A stretch of DNA of 64,000 nucleotides from NCBI RefSeq assembly GCF_006345805.1, contig NC_043000.1, forward strand, positions 131,006,001 through 131,070,000, written 5' to 3'. Source of the stretch: Octopus sinensis. Lineage: Eukaryota. The first letter of the stretch is position 1, and every line of letters begins with the position of its first letter. A program made the translations under genes and the position numbers. The notes under the pieces are model-generated. The model did not search any database and was not told where the DNA came from. It saw only the letters and a list, made by a program, of their open reading frames with translations. Positions 39,854 through 52,419 of the stretch are shown here, piece by piece.

Positions 39854-39898
39854 TTACTTTTGACAATCTTTTACCAAAGAGTGAAACCGGTTAAGTAA
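39854..39898 (+). ncRNA. Hammerhead ribozyme with U3-A8 core variant at the Penelope 3' end
   Basis: ttactt TTGACAA tcttt tacc aaaga gt GAAA ccgg TT aagtaa. Confidence 0.6.
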
Positions 39899-39977
39899 AT
39901 AAACATCGTTTAAATTGCATTTTCAAACCTTTTTTCTTATATAATCCCACTCGTGCGATACCCCACAACTCAACTTT

Positions 39978-40004
<27 letters not shown>

Positions 40005-40008
<4 letters not shown>

Positions 40009-40363
40009 CAAAATGGGACAAGAACGCAAAACATCCGGACAAGTAGGTGATTCAAAAAGGGACAAGAAAACATCCAGATAGACGATGCTAAAAAACAAGG
40101 ACGTGTCATTCGAAGCTTTCTATCCTCAATCAAGAACCGGATCATCCTCGCAATTTCGGCTGATTAGTCTTGAGATTGCTCCAATCTGGCCAGTCCCAAG
40201 GAATCAGCCGAAATTGCGAGGATGCTCCGGTTCTTGACTGAGGATAGAAAGCTTCGAATGAATCGTCCTTGTTTTTTTTTGCATCGTCTATCTGGATGTT
40301 TTGTTGTCCCTTTTTGTATCACCTAGTTGTCCGGATGTTTTGCGTCCTTGTCCCATTTTGTAT
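40005..40363. repeat. Inverted duplication (~160-bp arms, 36-bp spacer) of a (TA)n-associated element
   Basis: 40005-40165 is the reverse complement of 40202-40363 with few mismatches. Confidence 0.9.
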
Positions 40364-40777
40364 TATATATATATATATATATATAAAGAACATGTACATG
40401 TAACACTGTTCTTCGTATGAGAATGCATAAATCACACACGTTTTCAATTTATTTCCTTTATTCATTTTCTCTTTCAATTACCAAAACTCATTTTATTGCT
40501 TTTCTACACTTCCCGTCTCATAAGATATTGTCTACAGCTAGCAATAATAATTTTTCTCCTGCTTCGCTAGTAATTTCATTTACAATATTCATTACTTTTG
40601 AAGCAACTTATAAGCACATTAGCAAATTTTAAATTTTCGCAGTAGTACATTTTTAAGATTTAGGGATAAGACTAAAGCGTCAAGAATTGTCCTTTAGAAG
40701 TGGAGTCAGGAAGTATAGTTAGACTAAAGATTTCGTATTTACAGATGGACCTGTAACCAAAAGATACATTTAAAAGT

Positions 40778-40932
40778 TAGGAGTGGCTGTGTGGTAAGTA
40801 GCTTGCTTACGAACCACATGGTTCCGGGTTCAGTCCCACTGTGTGGCACCTTAGGCAAGTGTCTTCTACTATAGCCTCGGGCCGACCAAAGCCTTGTGAG
40901 TGGATTTGGTAGATAGAAACTGAAAGCCCATC

Positions 40933-40972
<40 letters not shown>

Positions 40973-41201
40973 AATATTAGGGAATAAATCCAAATTTACA
41001 GGGAAAAAATCAGATTTAGGATTAAATCCAATTTTATAGTAAAATATTATATAATATTAATTAGAGACAAAACCACTATTTTGCAAAACAAACAAGGAAA
41101 GACTTAATCAATACATAAAATTTTAATAAAAAGTAAAAAAAAGTAAAAAAGTCTCTAATTAATATATATATATATAATATATATATATATATTATATATA
41201 G

Positions 41202-41266
<65 letters not shown>

Positions 41267-41491
41267 TATGTATATGTTTCTGTGTCTGTGTTTGTCCCCC
41301 CAACATCGCTTGACAATCGATGCTGGTGTGTTTACGTCACCATAACTTAGCGGTTCGGCAAAAAAGACCGATAGAATAAGTACTAGGTTTACAACGAATA
41401 AGTCCTGGGGTCGATTTGCTCGACTAAAGGCGGTGGTCCAGCATGGCCACAGTCAAATGACTGAAACAAGTAAAAGAGTAAAAGAGTAAAA
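40778..41491 (+). mobile_element. SINE family B with an AT-rich insert (~40969-41160) in its internal TA tract
   Basis: Head and tail of family B separated by extra sequence. Confidence 0.85.
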
Positions 41492-42282
41492 CATATAAAG
41501 TTTAATAATAGTGATTCACGCTAGAGTTAGAAAGAAAGCTAAGATTATGTCTAAGCCTAACATTCAGCATTTGAATTAAGTTGAGGGCTTAAGTCAGCTT
41601 TTTGAACGTTGTTTTTAGAGTTATATTTTTGTGTTAAGCCGTTATACGACGGTTGTCCATAAAGTAATGCGAAAGTAGGCGTAACTGTTTAAGTAACTGA
41701 CATAGGTCATTAGACATTCACTCGTTGAGAGAGTAACTATTTCTCTATAGTAACACTTCTTTCTGTTTTCTTCGTTGCAAGCAAATAATGGGCTCCAAAC
41801 AGACGCACAGATTATCTGACATCCAAGAAAACATTAGGGTGTTTGCTAAAGCGACATCATTGACAAGGAGAATGTTCACAAATGGATGAAGAAGTTTAAG
41901 ATAGAATTGAAGACTAACTATGCTGTGGGTGCCCAACAACTGCAACCACTGAAATGAATCACCAGCGAGTGGAGGAATTGATTCGTGTAGACAGAAGAGT
42001 GACGACCTGTGAACTTGGTGAGTGGTCACAATGCAACACAGAAGATGATAGAAAAGGCGGCGAGCTTGCAGAAATGTTAGCTCGCCAGGCGAAGTGCTTA
42101 GCGGTATTTCGTCTGCCGCACATGTGTTCGTGAAGTAAGAATTGCTGTTTCGTGGTGTTAATATTGTTAACAACTGTTGTTTCTTGTTAAACTGTTGAAT
42201 AACTTAACTGTTGGAGTTTTCAATTGAAAACACTTAGTGCTTGTGGTAGCACGCGTTGTTCATTCCCCCTTTGGGGGGAAGA

Positions 42283-43693
42283 ATGTCGTTTAGCATGGAG
42301 CCTACCGTTGGAGCAGAAATACTTGTTTCTCCTGTTGAGAGGAGCAAATACATGTCCGGCGAGGAGCCAACTACAGACAAGGAAATAGGGGTTTCCCCCG
42401 CTACAAGAAGGAATAGCAGAGAGGATAATATATTTGATATTTTTGGAGATGTGTCTGAGAGCTCGTCAGAACTTTCACCAGAAGAGTTTCCGACTTTGCC
42501 AGAGAACAAAGGCATTGTGTCGAAGAGAATAATTGATGTGCCTAGCATCCAGATAGAACCAAAAAATGGAAAAAAAAGTTTTGCGTTGGCTGCTGGGGGT
42601 GGAACCCAGATACTGTCGACGAATAAAAGCGAAATTATGAAATACAGCAAAATGATGGAAATAAATGACAACAGTGTGAAAATTGAACCTCCGCAAAAGT
42701 TATTACAGGAAGAAAAGCAAAAAACAATAATTTTCAAAACATATTGTCTACAAAATAGAAAAATTGAAAGAATGTCAGAAGAGAAAATAGAAAAGTGCTT
42801 AAAGCCAATATGGGCGACGTAGTATTTCTGAGAAGAGGAAAAAAATTCGGAACGGTGGAAGTAAGTAAGTTCACCAATAAAGAAATAGCACACAAGAACT
42901 CAGTGGAAACGTTGAAAACGAACGACGTGGAGTTAATACCCTATTATATGGGGATGAGGACGTCGCGAATAAAAATTACAAGGGTCCCGCCAGAGGTCGA
43001 ACCTATGTGGTTGTTGGCGGCAGTCCTAATCAAAGAGGTAGAAAAAATTACTCTCCTCCAGGCTACCGCTACGGAAAACCCACGCTGGGATGGCAAAACA
43101 ATTAATCTTCTCATTCAAGCGGACCCTAAAATAATTCAAACAATTCCTGAGACAATTGAGGTAGGGGAGGAGAACCTCGTGGTGTTTGTTGAGGGCCGAA
43201 AACCTCGATGTTTTTTATGTGGTCAATTAGGCCACATTCGAAGGAACTGCAAGGAAAATGAAGAAGAGGAGGAAGAGGAGAAAAAAGACAAAGAGGAAGA
43301 AGATAAAGAAGAAACAGATGAGAAAAAACAACAAACAAAAGAAAAATACAACCAGCAACCCAGCCGAGAGCGGCGACTACTACAGAACAACGACCAAAAA
43401 AGACTGCCAGAAGAGAAAAAGAAGAAAAAGGCATAATAGCCGTATACACTAAAGATACTGAGCTCATGAGAGACATTCAACTCATAAAGACTGTAAAAAA
43501 AATTGATAACCTTTCAGAGGAATTTATCAATTACGACATATATGAAGTCTCAAATAAGACTTATAGAATTCTACAAAATAAGTACAGAAAGACTGTATCT
43601 TCATTGAGATTAGATTTTAACAAGTCTATTTCATGGATTACCAGCTCCGATCCCGCGAGAAAAGGAAAAGGTGGAGATTCCCCCTCCACCTGA
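42283..43693 (+). pseudogene. LINE ORF1 (gag-like, CCHC zinc knuckle, E/K-rich tract), frameshifted
   Basis: EGRKPRCFLCGQLGHIRRNC; frames change near 42810 and 43430. Confidence 0.8.
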
Positions 43694-43822
43694 TAATTCT
43701 GTGTCGGTGGTGAGACGGGATTTTGACAAATCTATTTCCCAAGACCGTCCACCTCCGACCCTGGATAAAAAAAAGGTGGAGGGTCCCCCTCCACCGGACA
43801 ATCCTAATTAAACAGGTAAGTG

Positions 43823-46800
43823 ATGGCTATTCACATTGGTTGTTTAAATGTTCATGGCCTGTTGTCAAGCTGGAAGCAAGGACGCTTTCTGAATGACATC
43901 AGGTCGAGAAATTTGGATGTAATTGTTGCAACGGAAACCCGGGTGAAGGGGCCAAGAGATCTGCTCCCCCTCCTGAACGGCTACGAGAAATACGTTTCTC
44001 CGAGTCGGGCGGGGGAGGTGGGGGTGGGGTGTTGGTCCTACTAAAAAGAAACCGGGTAGCCGAGAAAAAGTTGGTTTTTTCTGACCCAGAAGGCAGGCTG
44101 GTCGTTCTCGACTTGACATTCAGTTGTGGCAAGACAATCAGGCTGGTCGCTATTTATGCACCAAACATTATTGGCCCGCAAACTGAATACTTTCGTGGCC
44201 TAGGAAAGTTCCTAGCCACGTCGCATTCACTAGTAGTGTTAGGAGACTCTAATACAATATGTGCAGCACACACAGATTGTGTTGGCTCAAACTCGAACAT
44301 GAACAGAAAATGTAACACAGGCTTTCGGGATCTGCTAAGTCAATTTCAGCTAGCAGATCCATATAGGTTGGAGCACCCGAACACTCCACAGTGGACGTGG
44401 TCAAATAGTGACGGGTCTACCAGAACATATCTAGATAGGATTTTAATTAGAGAAAAAGATAAGTCCATAGTTGAGTGTCCACAGTTTTTTCTAGTCAGCT
44501 ACAGTGACCACAAGATGGTTACCTGTAAACTGACGGTAGATAAGTTGCATAGACAGGGATCTGGCTACTGGAAACTCAATACGTCCCTTTTGGCGATTGA
44601 GGAGTACAGAAAGCGGATCAAGATGTTAATACAGAGGGCATTAACAGGTACCATCATTAATAACAAATGGTGGTACGCCCTAAAAAGAGCCATCAAATAT
44701 GAGTCTATTAGGTTAGCATAAGTTTAGCTAAGAAGGGACGTAAAATAGGAGATGGTCTAGTTAAGGAACTAGAAGAAGCCTGGAGGACTGGTAATACAGA
44801 CCAAGCGAGGGTGAAAAGACTGGAGTTAAACCAGCATCTTGAAGCCCACCACATGGGAAGTATTACCAGAGCTAAGTTACGTGCAATGGGAAGTGAAGGA
44901 ATCAAAGCCGCTGGATGGGCCCGAGTGGTGGAAGCTCGGCAAGGAAATAGTTCCTCTATTCGGTCTTTGACGAATCAAAATGGTGTCTTGATAAACGAAC
45001 CCGAGAAAATGTGTGAGGTCTTTCGGGAGTAGTACTTCGCAGCTGTTCGGGGTGACGGCGGTCCTGGTGGTGGGAGAGCCCTCGAGGACTTTCTTACCGG
45101 GCTGCCGTGCCTCTCGGGGTCGGATGCGGAGTCTTGCGAAGGGCCAATCACACTTGAGGAGGTGATGGAGGCTTTGGCCGATTGTAAAGCGGGTAAGTCA
45201 CGGGACTTGATGGTCTTCCGTACGAGCTGTATAAATGTATGCCAGACTTGTTCGGGCAACTACTGACTGACGTGTACGCGAACTGGAAACAGAATGGGTT
45301 TATCCCCAGATCTGTGCGCCGGGGAGTAGTGACGTTGGTCAGAAAGGACCCGGACAAGGGGGACGTTCTAGAGAATTTCAGGCCCATCACTCTGTTAAAC
45401 GCAGAAGTGAAGATTTTGGCCAAGGTTCTAGCAAAAAGGTTGGCGCGTGTCGCGAATGGTATAGTCGGGGAGGCACAGACATGTGCCATCCCAGGCAGAA
45501 CCATTCAGGATACCCTCCATCTTATTCGCTATACCATAGAGAGGTTTGGTAATAAATCTGGCAAAGGTGAGGCATTGGTGCATTTGGACCAGTCTAAAGC
45601 TTTTGATAGGGTTGACCATCGATACCTAGCGACTGTACTTGCGCGGTTTGGCCTGGGCCTTGGCTTCCTCAGGTGGTTTATCGCTTTGTACCACAACATT
45701 GACTCGATAGTTCGGGTGAACGGTTTCCTTTCGAAGCCGTTCTGCATCAGACGCTCGGTTCGTCAAGGATGTCCGCTTTCACCACTTTTGTATGTGATGG
45801 CTCTCGAGCCATTACTGCAAAGGTTGAGTGGCATCCCGAGAGAACCAGGACTAGAGGAGTTTGTTACGGCTTTCGCGGATGATATCACTATCAGTGTAAC
45901 CACAGTGGTACGCCTACGTGAAGTAGGTAAGACTATGGAGGCTTACGAGGAGGTAGCAGGAGCAAAGATTAACCGGGAAAAGTCGGTCGGCTTGCAGCTC
46001 GGCACCTGGGTTGGCAAGTCGATGCCTTCAGACAGTGTTGTTAGGCGCTGGACGGAGGGACCGGTTAAGTTGCTGGGAGTCTGGTTTGGACCAGGCCTCC
46101 AGATAGAGAAGAACTGGACGGAGGTATTGAGCAGGGTGGCTGCAGTAGTCAAGACTTGGTCTTGGCGGTGGCTATCCCTGAAAGGGAGGGCGGAAGTGGC
46201 CAATGTGTTTATCGCATCGGTCATTACCTACCGCCTGACTGTCGTGCCCTGTCCGGATCGTGGTTGATCAGGTTGGAGAGACAGCTCTTTCGCTTTTTGT
46301 GGAAGGGCAGGTCGCCACTTGTGAAACGCTCTGTCTGCTGTCAAAAGCCTTTAAATGGAGGTTTAGGGATGCCTTGGTTAATGATGCGCAGACATGCGTT
46401 GAGGTTGAGGCACCTCTGGATTCTCCTGGATAGTGAACGGGTGTGGTCTCCGCTGGCCAGACAAATGTTCCCTGAGTTCAAGAGTTTTTGCGAACAGGAA
46501 GCCTGGTGTTCTCGTAGACCGAGGTCGAGTGAGTGGCATAAAGAGTGCCGTAAGGCCCTCTTGCTGTTCCGGCGCTCGGGCAACGCCAGGGGTGGGGGTT
46601 CCACACGGATTTTATATAGTGGGTTGGTAGAGTCTGAATGCGACGATGGCCTGGGGTCGACTCTAGGTCTCGGATTTATTCAACTGGACAGCTTGTTTCA
46701 TCGTACATTCGGGTTGAGAACGTTGGACAACTTCCAAAAGTCCTTAACTGGCAATGCTACAGAGGTGCCTTGCCCGTTTGGGATAAGCTCGCAAGACATG

Positions 46801-47220
46801 GTAAACGTCAGTCGCCGACCTGTCCAAGATGCGGTGGGGGACAGGGAAACCGTCCCTCACGCTATTGTTCAGTGTCCGGAGATAACTGAAATGTGGGCTT
46901 ATGCTGAACATCTGTTGTACGGCGAAGGAAGAGTACGGCTGTCGTCTGAGTCAATTATAAAAATTGACCCACCGGGAGTTCTAACGAACGAAGGTAAGAA
47001 TTGTTTTCTCACGGTTGTAGCAATAGCAAAAGAGGCTGTATGGAATACTAGGATAAAAGGAATTAAGACAGGCAACTTTATCTCTGGTGACAATTTACGA
47101 TCCTTTTTTTTTTTTCATTTGAAAAGGAAACTGTGGCTGGAGAAGAGGTGTGTCAGAGTGTACGTTCCAAAAGAGATGGAAGTATGTTGCACGAGTGTTG
47201 AGGTGCAAGGAACCGTGTGA
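43823..47220 (+). pseudogene. LINE ORF2: AP endonuclease + reverse transcriptase + C-terminal Cys/His motif, several frameshifts
   Basis: LNVHGL, ATETR, IYAP, LGDSN, YLDRI, SDH; FRPITLLN, LDQSKAFDRVDH, RQGCPLSP, AFADD; CPRC..ETVPH...C. Confidence 0.92.
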
Positions 47221-47879
47221 ATAGACGAGGAAAAAAAAAAAAAAAAAAAGGAAAAATAAAAAGGTATCAGCGGTAGATCGGGGCTTGTGGGATCGGAGCG
47301 TAACTTGATCATCGCTTCATTGTATTGTTTTTGTACTGTGTATTCCATTCGATTTTTATGTATTGTATTTTATTTTTGATGTCACATTTATGTAAAATCA
47401 TATCGATTCACTGATCCCATCAGTTGTACTGTCCATATCTATGTTTGGCCCCCGGTGGGCAATAAAGAAATTGGTATTTCGTCTGCCGTTACGTTCTGAG
47501 TTCAAATTCCGCCGAGGTCGACTTTGCCTTTCATCCTTTCGGGGTCGATAAATTAAGTACCAGTTACGCACTGGGGTCGGTAAATTAAGTACCAGTTACG
47601 CACTGGGGTCGATGTAATCGACTTAATCCGTTTGTCTGTCTTTGTTTGTCCTCTCTATGTTTAGCCCCTTGTGGGCAATAAAGAAATAAGAAGATGATAG
47701 AAAACTTTGGGTATCAGAAAGTGTATACCGATTTGAAAGAGTGGAGTTTGAAAGTATACTGGGATCTTCTGGAAATGTATGACGCCAATGAAATTTTTTT
47801 TTTTTTTTTTTTCTATTTCGAGATAAGGGATGAAACGTGAGTAGATTATGAGATGAAAACTAACGCTCAGTTCATAGAA

Positions 47880-48205
47880 CAACTTCACACGTCTTCTTCA
47901 AGGCCTGAATTGTTGAAGAGCTTGCAATTGCTACAGAAAGTGACTGCTTTTTGGAAATAATAAGGGCGTCATACTCCTTGACATTCAGTACCGTGAACAA
48001 TGGGGAATTCATTGAAACACTCAAAAACCCCTTTAGAATGAAGAGACCGAACAAGAATCTCAAAACGAGCCAGGAGTGATCAATGATAATGCTCTGACTG
48101 CGAATTTGCGGTTATCTCCCTTTAATCCTCTCTGGACTTTTGGTGAGGCGCGAGCAAATTTTGATTCCGAAAATGCAGCCCAGTGAAAACAGTTAGAGAA
48201 TCACT
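47880..48205 (-). mobile_element. hAT transposon remnant
   Basis: CAGTGATTCTCTAAC terminus on the minus strand; eroded C-terminal-like coding segment. Confidence 0.35.
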
Positions 48206-48593
48206 GTATTAGAGGGACTTGAGTTAGTAATGGGAAAATGGTGGGCAACACATCAAGTTACATCTCCTCTAACGAAAAGTCAATAATCAGTGAGATGGGC
48301 CCGTCAGAAGTCTCACATTTTTTGCCCGCATATTGAAGATATATAAATCCAATGTGTTTCGATCCTGTGTTAATTCCTTTGATAACTTAAAGCTTTTAAA
48401 TATTTACATTTATTTCAGTTATTCTGATGGACGTTGTTGTGCATCCGTCTATCCATCCATCAGTCTATCCGTACACATACATACATACATACATACATAC
48501 ATACATACATACATACATACATACATACGTACATACGTACATACGTGCATACGTGCATACGTACATACGTACATACATACATACATACATACA

Positions 48594-48625
<32 letters not shown>

Positions 48626-48719
48626 AATATAAATATAAAAATGGAACAAAAACGCAATAGAGGGCATTAAAACGTTCGGATAGATAGGCAGACAAGAGAA
48701 ACAACAATAAGAATAAGAA

Positions 48720-50400
48720 TACGGGTCATTCTTGGTCTTCTTTCATCAGTCAAGTCCCAGATGTCACGACCATTTCGGGAAGTTACACTTGAGATGGTTC
48801 AATCTAGTTGCCCCCCAAAAAAGTCTAAGCTAAGAGCATTAGACCCCCTTGTAAGAAAGCTAGCGAATGTGTACGACAACAAGGACAAAAAAAAAAAAGC
48901 AAATATGGAGAACGCTGAACAATTTTCGATAAAGAAATCTATACTGTTTGAAGTAAGAAAACAACGCAGAAACCTTGTGACAGTATGGCTTGACTATAAA
49001 AAAAGCATTCGACTCTATCCCTCATTCATGGCTGTTGAAGTGCCTACATCTGGCAAAGGTACCTACTACCCTAATTGCTTCTATAGAGAGACTCACAAAG
49101 ACATGGACAACTATTCTTACCCTTACTACTGAGAACAGAATAATTGTTTCTAATAGTATAGGCTTTACAAAGGCAATATTCCAGGAAGATAGTCTTTCTG
49201 TACTTCTTTTCATTTTGGCAGTGAATCTATTATCATTCCTACTGCAGAAAACAAATGGTTACATGTTAGGATTTTCAACTGCCAGAAATATCAATATAAT
49301 TCATAATTTCTTTGCAGACGACCTGAAGATGTATGTTAAAAGTATTAGCAATGCCAAAAAACAACTGGAATTAATAACAATATTTTCAGCTGATATAGCC
49401 ATGGAATTTGGCCAAAAGAATGTTCGTATTTGGTTATAGAACGAGGAAATTCAGTACCCCAAACCCCAAACCTGTACATCAACGGTCTCTCTATCTCCCC
49501 CATTCCACACAGAGAATGTTACAAGTGCCTAGGTATAAAAGAAACTGTATCATATGAATGTACTCTGAAAAAAAATAGAGTGACCCACAATGCATTTGCA
49601 GTACCAGTGCTGATTCCAGCATTTGGAGTACTTGATTGGTCTGTAGAGGAAATCCACTCCATAGATATCAAAACCCGCAAAATCTTGACAACAACTGGAA
49701 ACTTCCACAGAAACAGTGATGTTGACAGGCTCTACCTAAGAGGAAATGAAGGTGGTAAAGGCCTGAGATCAGTGCAGACGTCCTTCGAATGCCGTATGGT
49801 ATCATTCAGGCAGCACCTACTAAACAACAAATAAATATACTAATGCAGTCCTGAAAAGTGAAGTAAGCAACATTGTACGAGTTGGCAATGAACTCCTCAA
49901 GAAGCGCTCTCTTCCTGATGATCTCCTATACAGTCCCAAAAACAGCTGGGTTCTCTTACCTCAAAGAAGACCTTGATGGAAAGCACTCAGCATACAAAAA
50001 TAAAGACCATGCATGGGTATGTTGCCCGGAAGCTTCTACAGCCATGAATGAAGGATAGAGTCGAATCCCTTCTTATAGTCAAGCCATACTGTCACAAGGT
50101 TTCTGCGTTGTTTTCTTACTTCAGACAGTACAAATTTAGTTATTGAAAGAGTAGAATTGACATGAAGCGCAGCCTCACTTGGACACAAGACCACTACATC
50201 ACGTCACTCTTTGAAGGCTATGCGTTTGCAATCCAGGAATAGGAGATTTCCACAAAGCACCTGGTGAACAAGAGAGACAATGACGCTCTTGTAATCCCAA
50301 AGTGCAATCACATGTGTAGGCGATGTCATGTTTCTGTGGAAGACTTTACGCGTGTGACTAGCAACTGTCCTAAAATGTCGTCACACTAGCAACTATCCTA
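48720..50400 (+). mobile_element. Degenerate R4/Dong-clade LINE (RT to CCHC)
   Basis: WLDYKKAFDSIPHSWL, IFQEDSLSVLLF, FFADDLK, RLYLRGNEGGKGL, FAIQE, CRRCH..E....V...C. Confidence 0.8.
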
Positions 50401-51369
50401 AAATATCGTCATCCTAGGGATAAAATTTGAAATGAACCTATTAATAGTTCACTTACAGCACATCACTTTTAACCTTCCACAAAAACAGATAACAACCAAT
50501 TATATATAATTATGAAATCACATTATTCACCCTACTCATATAAAGTCCATCAAGCACAGACCTAAATCCATCACAAAAATACATAGCAAAACAATGGATG
50601 AGAGTAGAAAGTATATAACTGTGTATGATGAAACGATTATGAACGTTTTGGACAGTTGTCCTTCGTCAAGTTTAGTAAAGAATAAACAATGAAAAGAATT
50701 TGAAAAGTAATGTTGTTTATAACGAAAACCACGTACTTAATGGCAGAACAGAAGTGGATAAAGCGGAAGCGTGATGAATTATGTTTTAGAACCGAATGAG
50801 AGGGAAGGAAGATAACCAAGATGAGTGTAGGCGGGTTTAAGAATCGATTTAAAAAGTATTGAGATGCTGTTATGTACGCGTTTATTTAGGAATGCATATG
50901 TGTCCATGCGTGCGTTTGTACGTGTATGTTATGAAGAGTAAAGATGGATGCTACATATTACTGAGTGGTTAGTGTGAACAAGATATAATACAGCGTGTGT
51001 GATGGTGTGTGTAGAGACGGAGTTGATGCGCACAAGTATATCTTTATCGGTTTTTGTGGATTTGAAGAGGCAATGCTGTGTTATTAAAGGAAAGCAATGA
51101 GCTTACGTATTCTAGATGGATGGGCAGTATTAAACTGGAAAATTTATTGTTGTTCACGATGCAGACGAGATAAAAAATACAATGGTACAGACAGTGAGTA
51201 GACATGGTCCCGAAACTATAAGTGATAAGCTGTATGTAGAGTGTTCAATAGTATTCTCTGAAGTGATCGACTATTCGCCGACCAGCTTCTTTTATATATT
51301 GTGTTGAGTCAAACGTTTTGCGATATTTTGATATATTTGCTTTGTTTGTCAAGTTACAACAAAAGTAGC

Positions 51370-52050
51370 CATGCATTCAAAGTAAGAGCCATCGTGTTGC
51401 ACCGTCTGAAGCCACCATTTTGCCAGTTCTTTGATCCCACTCTGATATTCGAGGCGAAGAACTTTTTCACTGAAGCTTCTATCTCCTCTTATTTGATGAA
51501 ACGTCGTGTGCACAGGAAGTGAGCCATGGATCGGAGCAAGTAATAATTCGAGTGAGATATTTTTCCGCAATCACAACGTGCATAAGCATTGGTTAAGCAA
51601 GGGAAACGTTCCAAAACCTTTCGCCAAACATGGACATTTCAAACACAAGGTGATGCTCTGCGTTTGGTGAAATTGTGAGGGGATAATTCACGAGGAGTTT
51701 GTTCCGGGTGGTCGAACCATCGATGCCAACCTGTACTCCGAACTGCTGGAGCGATGTATACCATTGTGCGGCAAAAATACCTGGCATTGGTTAACAGAAT
51801 GTGGGCTCTTCTGCAGCAAGACAACGCAAGACTTCATACCGATCGAACGACCCATAATAAACTCCAGGAACTTGAAGAAATCGAACTGATGCCACAGCCA
51901 GCATATAGTCTGGACCCAGCTCCCTCGGATTATTACCTGTTCCGATCCCTGGCTCACTTCCTGCGCTTGTGACACTCCATCAACCAAGAGGAGGTGAAAG
52001 CTTGAGGGAAGGAATTCTTTGCCTCGATTAACAAGAACTGGTATTATCGT
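51370..52050 (+). mobile_element. Mariner transposase relic (with an inverted 3' fragment at ~51370-51530)
   Basis: MLCVW, TIDANLY, LQQDNARLH, PAYSLDPAPSDYYLFRSL. Confidence 0.85.
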
Positions 52051-52054
52051 TAAA

Positions 52055-52320
52055 AGGGAGACTAACCGACATCCTCACAATACTAAAGCTTCATTAAAGG
52101 CCAAATTAGTTCAGGTGATCTCCGAAATGAATAAGAACCATTTCGTGCAAGATTGGCGACGATTTAGGTCCGGCATTGAAGCAGTCTTCGACTTTCAGGG
52201 AGAATTCATAGAATACTCTTATAGAAAAGCTTACCGAGAGCGTGTACACAATTTTCTCTTAAAGTAGGTTTGGCCTTTGTTAGTTAAGAATTGCTTTATT
52301 AAATTACCAAATGTTTCCTC
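52055..52320 (+). mobile_element. Tc1/mariner C-terminal fragment of a second family
   Basis: PHNTKASLKA...FRSGIEAV...GEFIE. Confidence 0.55.
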
Positions 52321-52419
52321 AAATAAATAAATAAAATAATAAATAAATAAATAAATAATTAAATGGATGGATGGATGGATGGACGGACGGATGGATAGAT
52401 GTGATGGATGGATGGGTAT

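Larger units (their letters stand above)
36171..39978 (+). mobile_element. 5'-truncated Penelope-like element inserted in (TA)n
   Basis: RT-EN ORF, microsatellite-rich 3' region, terminal hammerhead motif, (TA)n at both ends. Confidence 0.8.
42119..47472 (+). mobile_element. Full-length L1/Tx1-clade non-LTR retrotransposon (5354 bp)
   Basis: 16-bp TSD GGTATTTCGTCTGCCG (42103-42118, 47473-47488); ORF1 and ORF2 present. Confidence 0.92.
42056..47688 (+). mobile_element. SINE family A split by a LINE (42056-42118 + 47473-47688)
   Basis: 16-bp TSD AGAAGATGATAGAAAA (42040-42055, 47689-47704); internal 32-bp tandem duplication at ~47541-47610. Confidence 0.9.
41644..47730 (+). mobile_element. Mariner relic split by the SINE/LINE nest (41644-42055 + 47705-47730)
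   Basis: TA-TACGACGGTTGTCCATAAAGTAATGC terminus; DRRVTTCEL...QKMIE|NFGYQKVY HTH-like segment continues across the TSD. Confidence 0.55.

Noticed and set aside
39560-39860. CRISPR-like spaced repeats
   Set aside because: Eukaryotic context, irregular spacing, spacers related to each other, no cas genes.
40236-40270. CTGAGGA..GAAT hammerhead-like string (also ~25727)
   Set aside because: GAAA core and stem I not satisfied.
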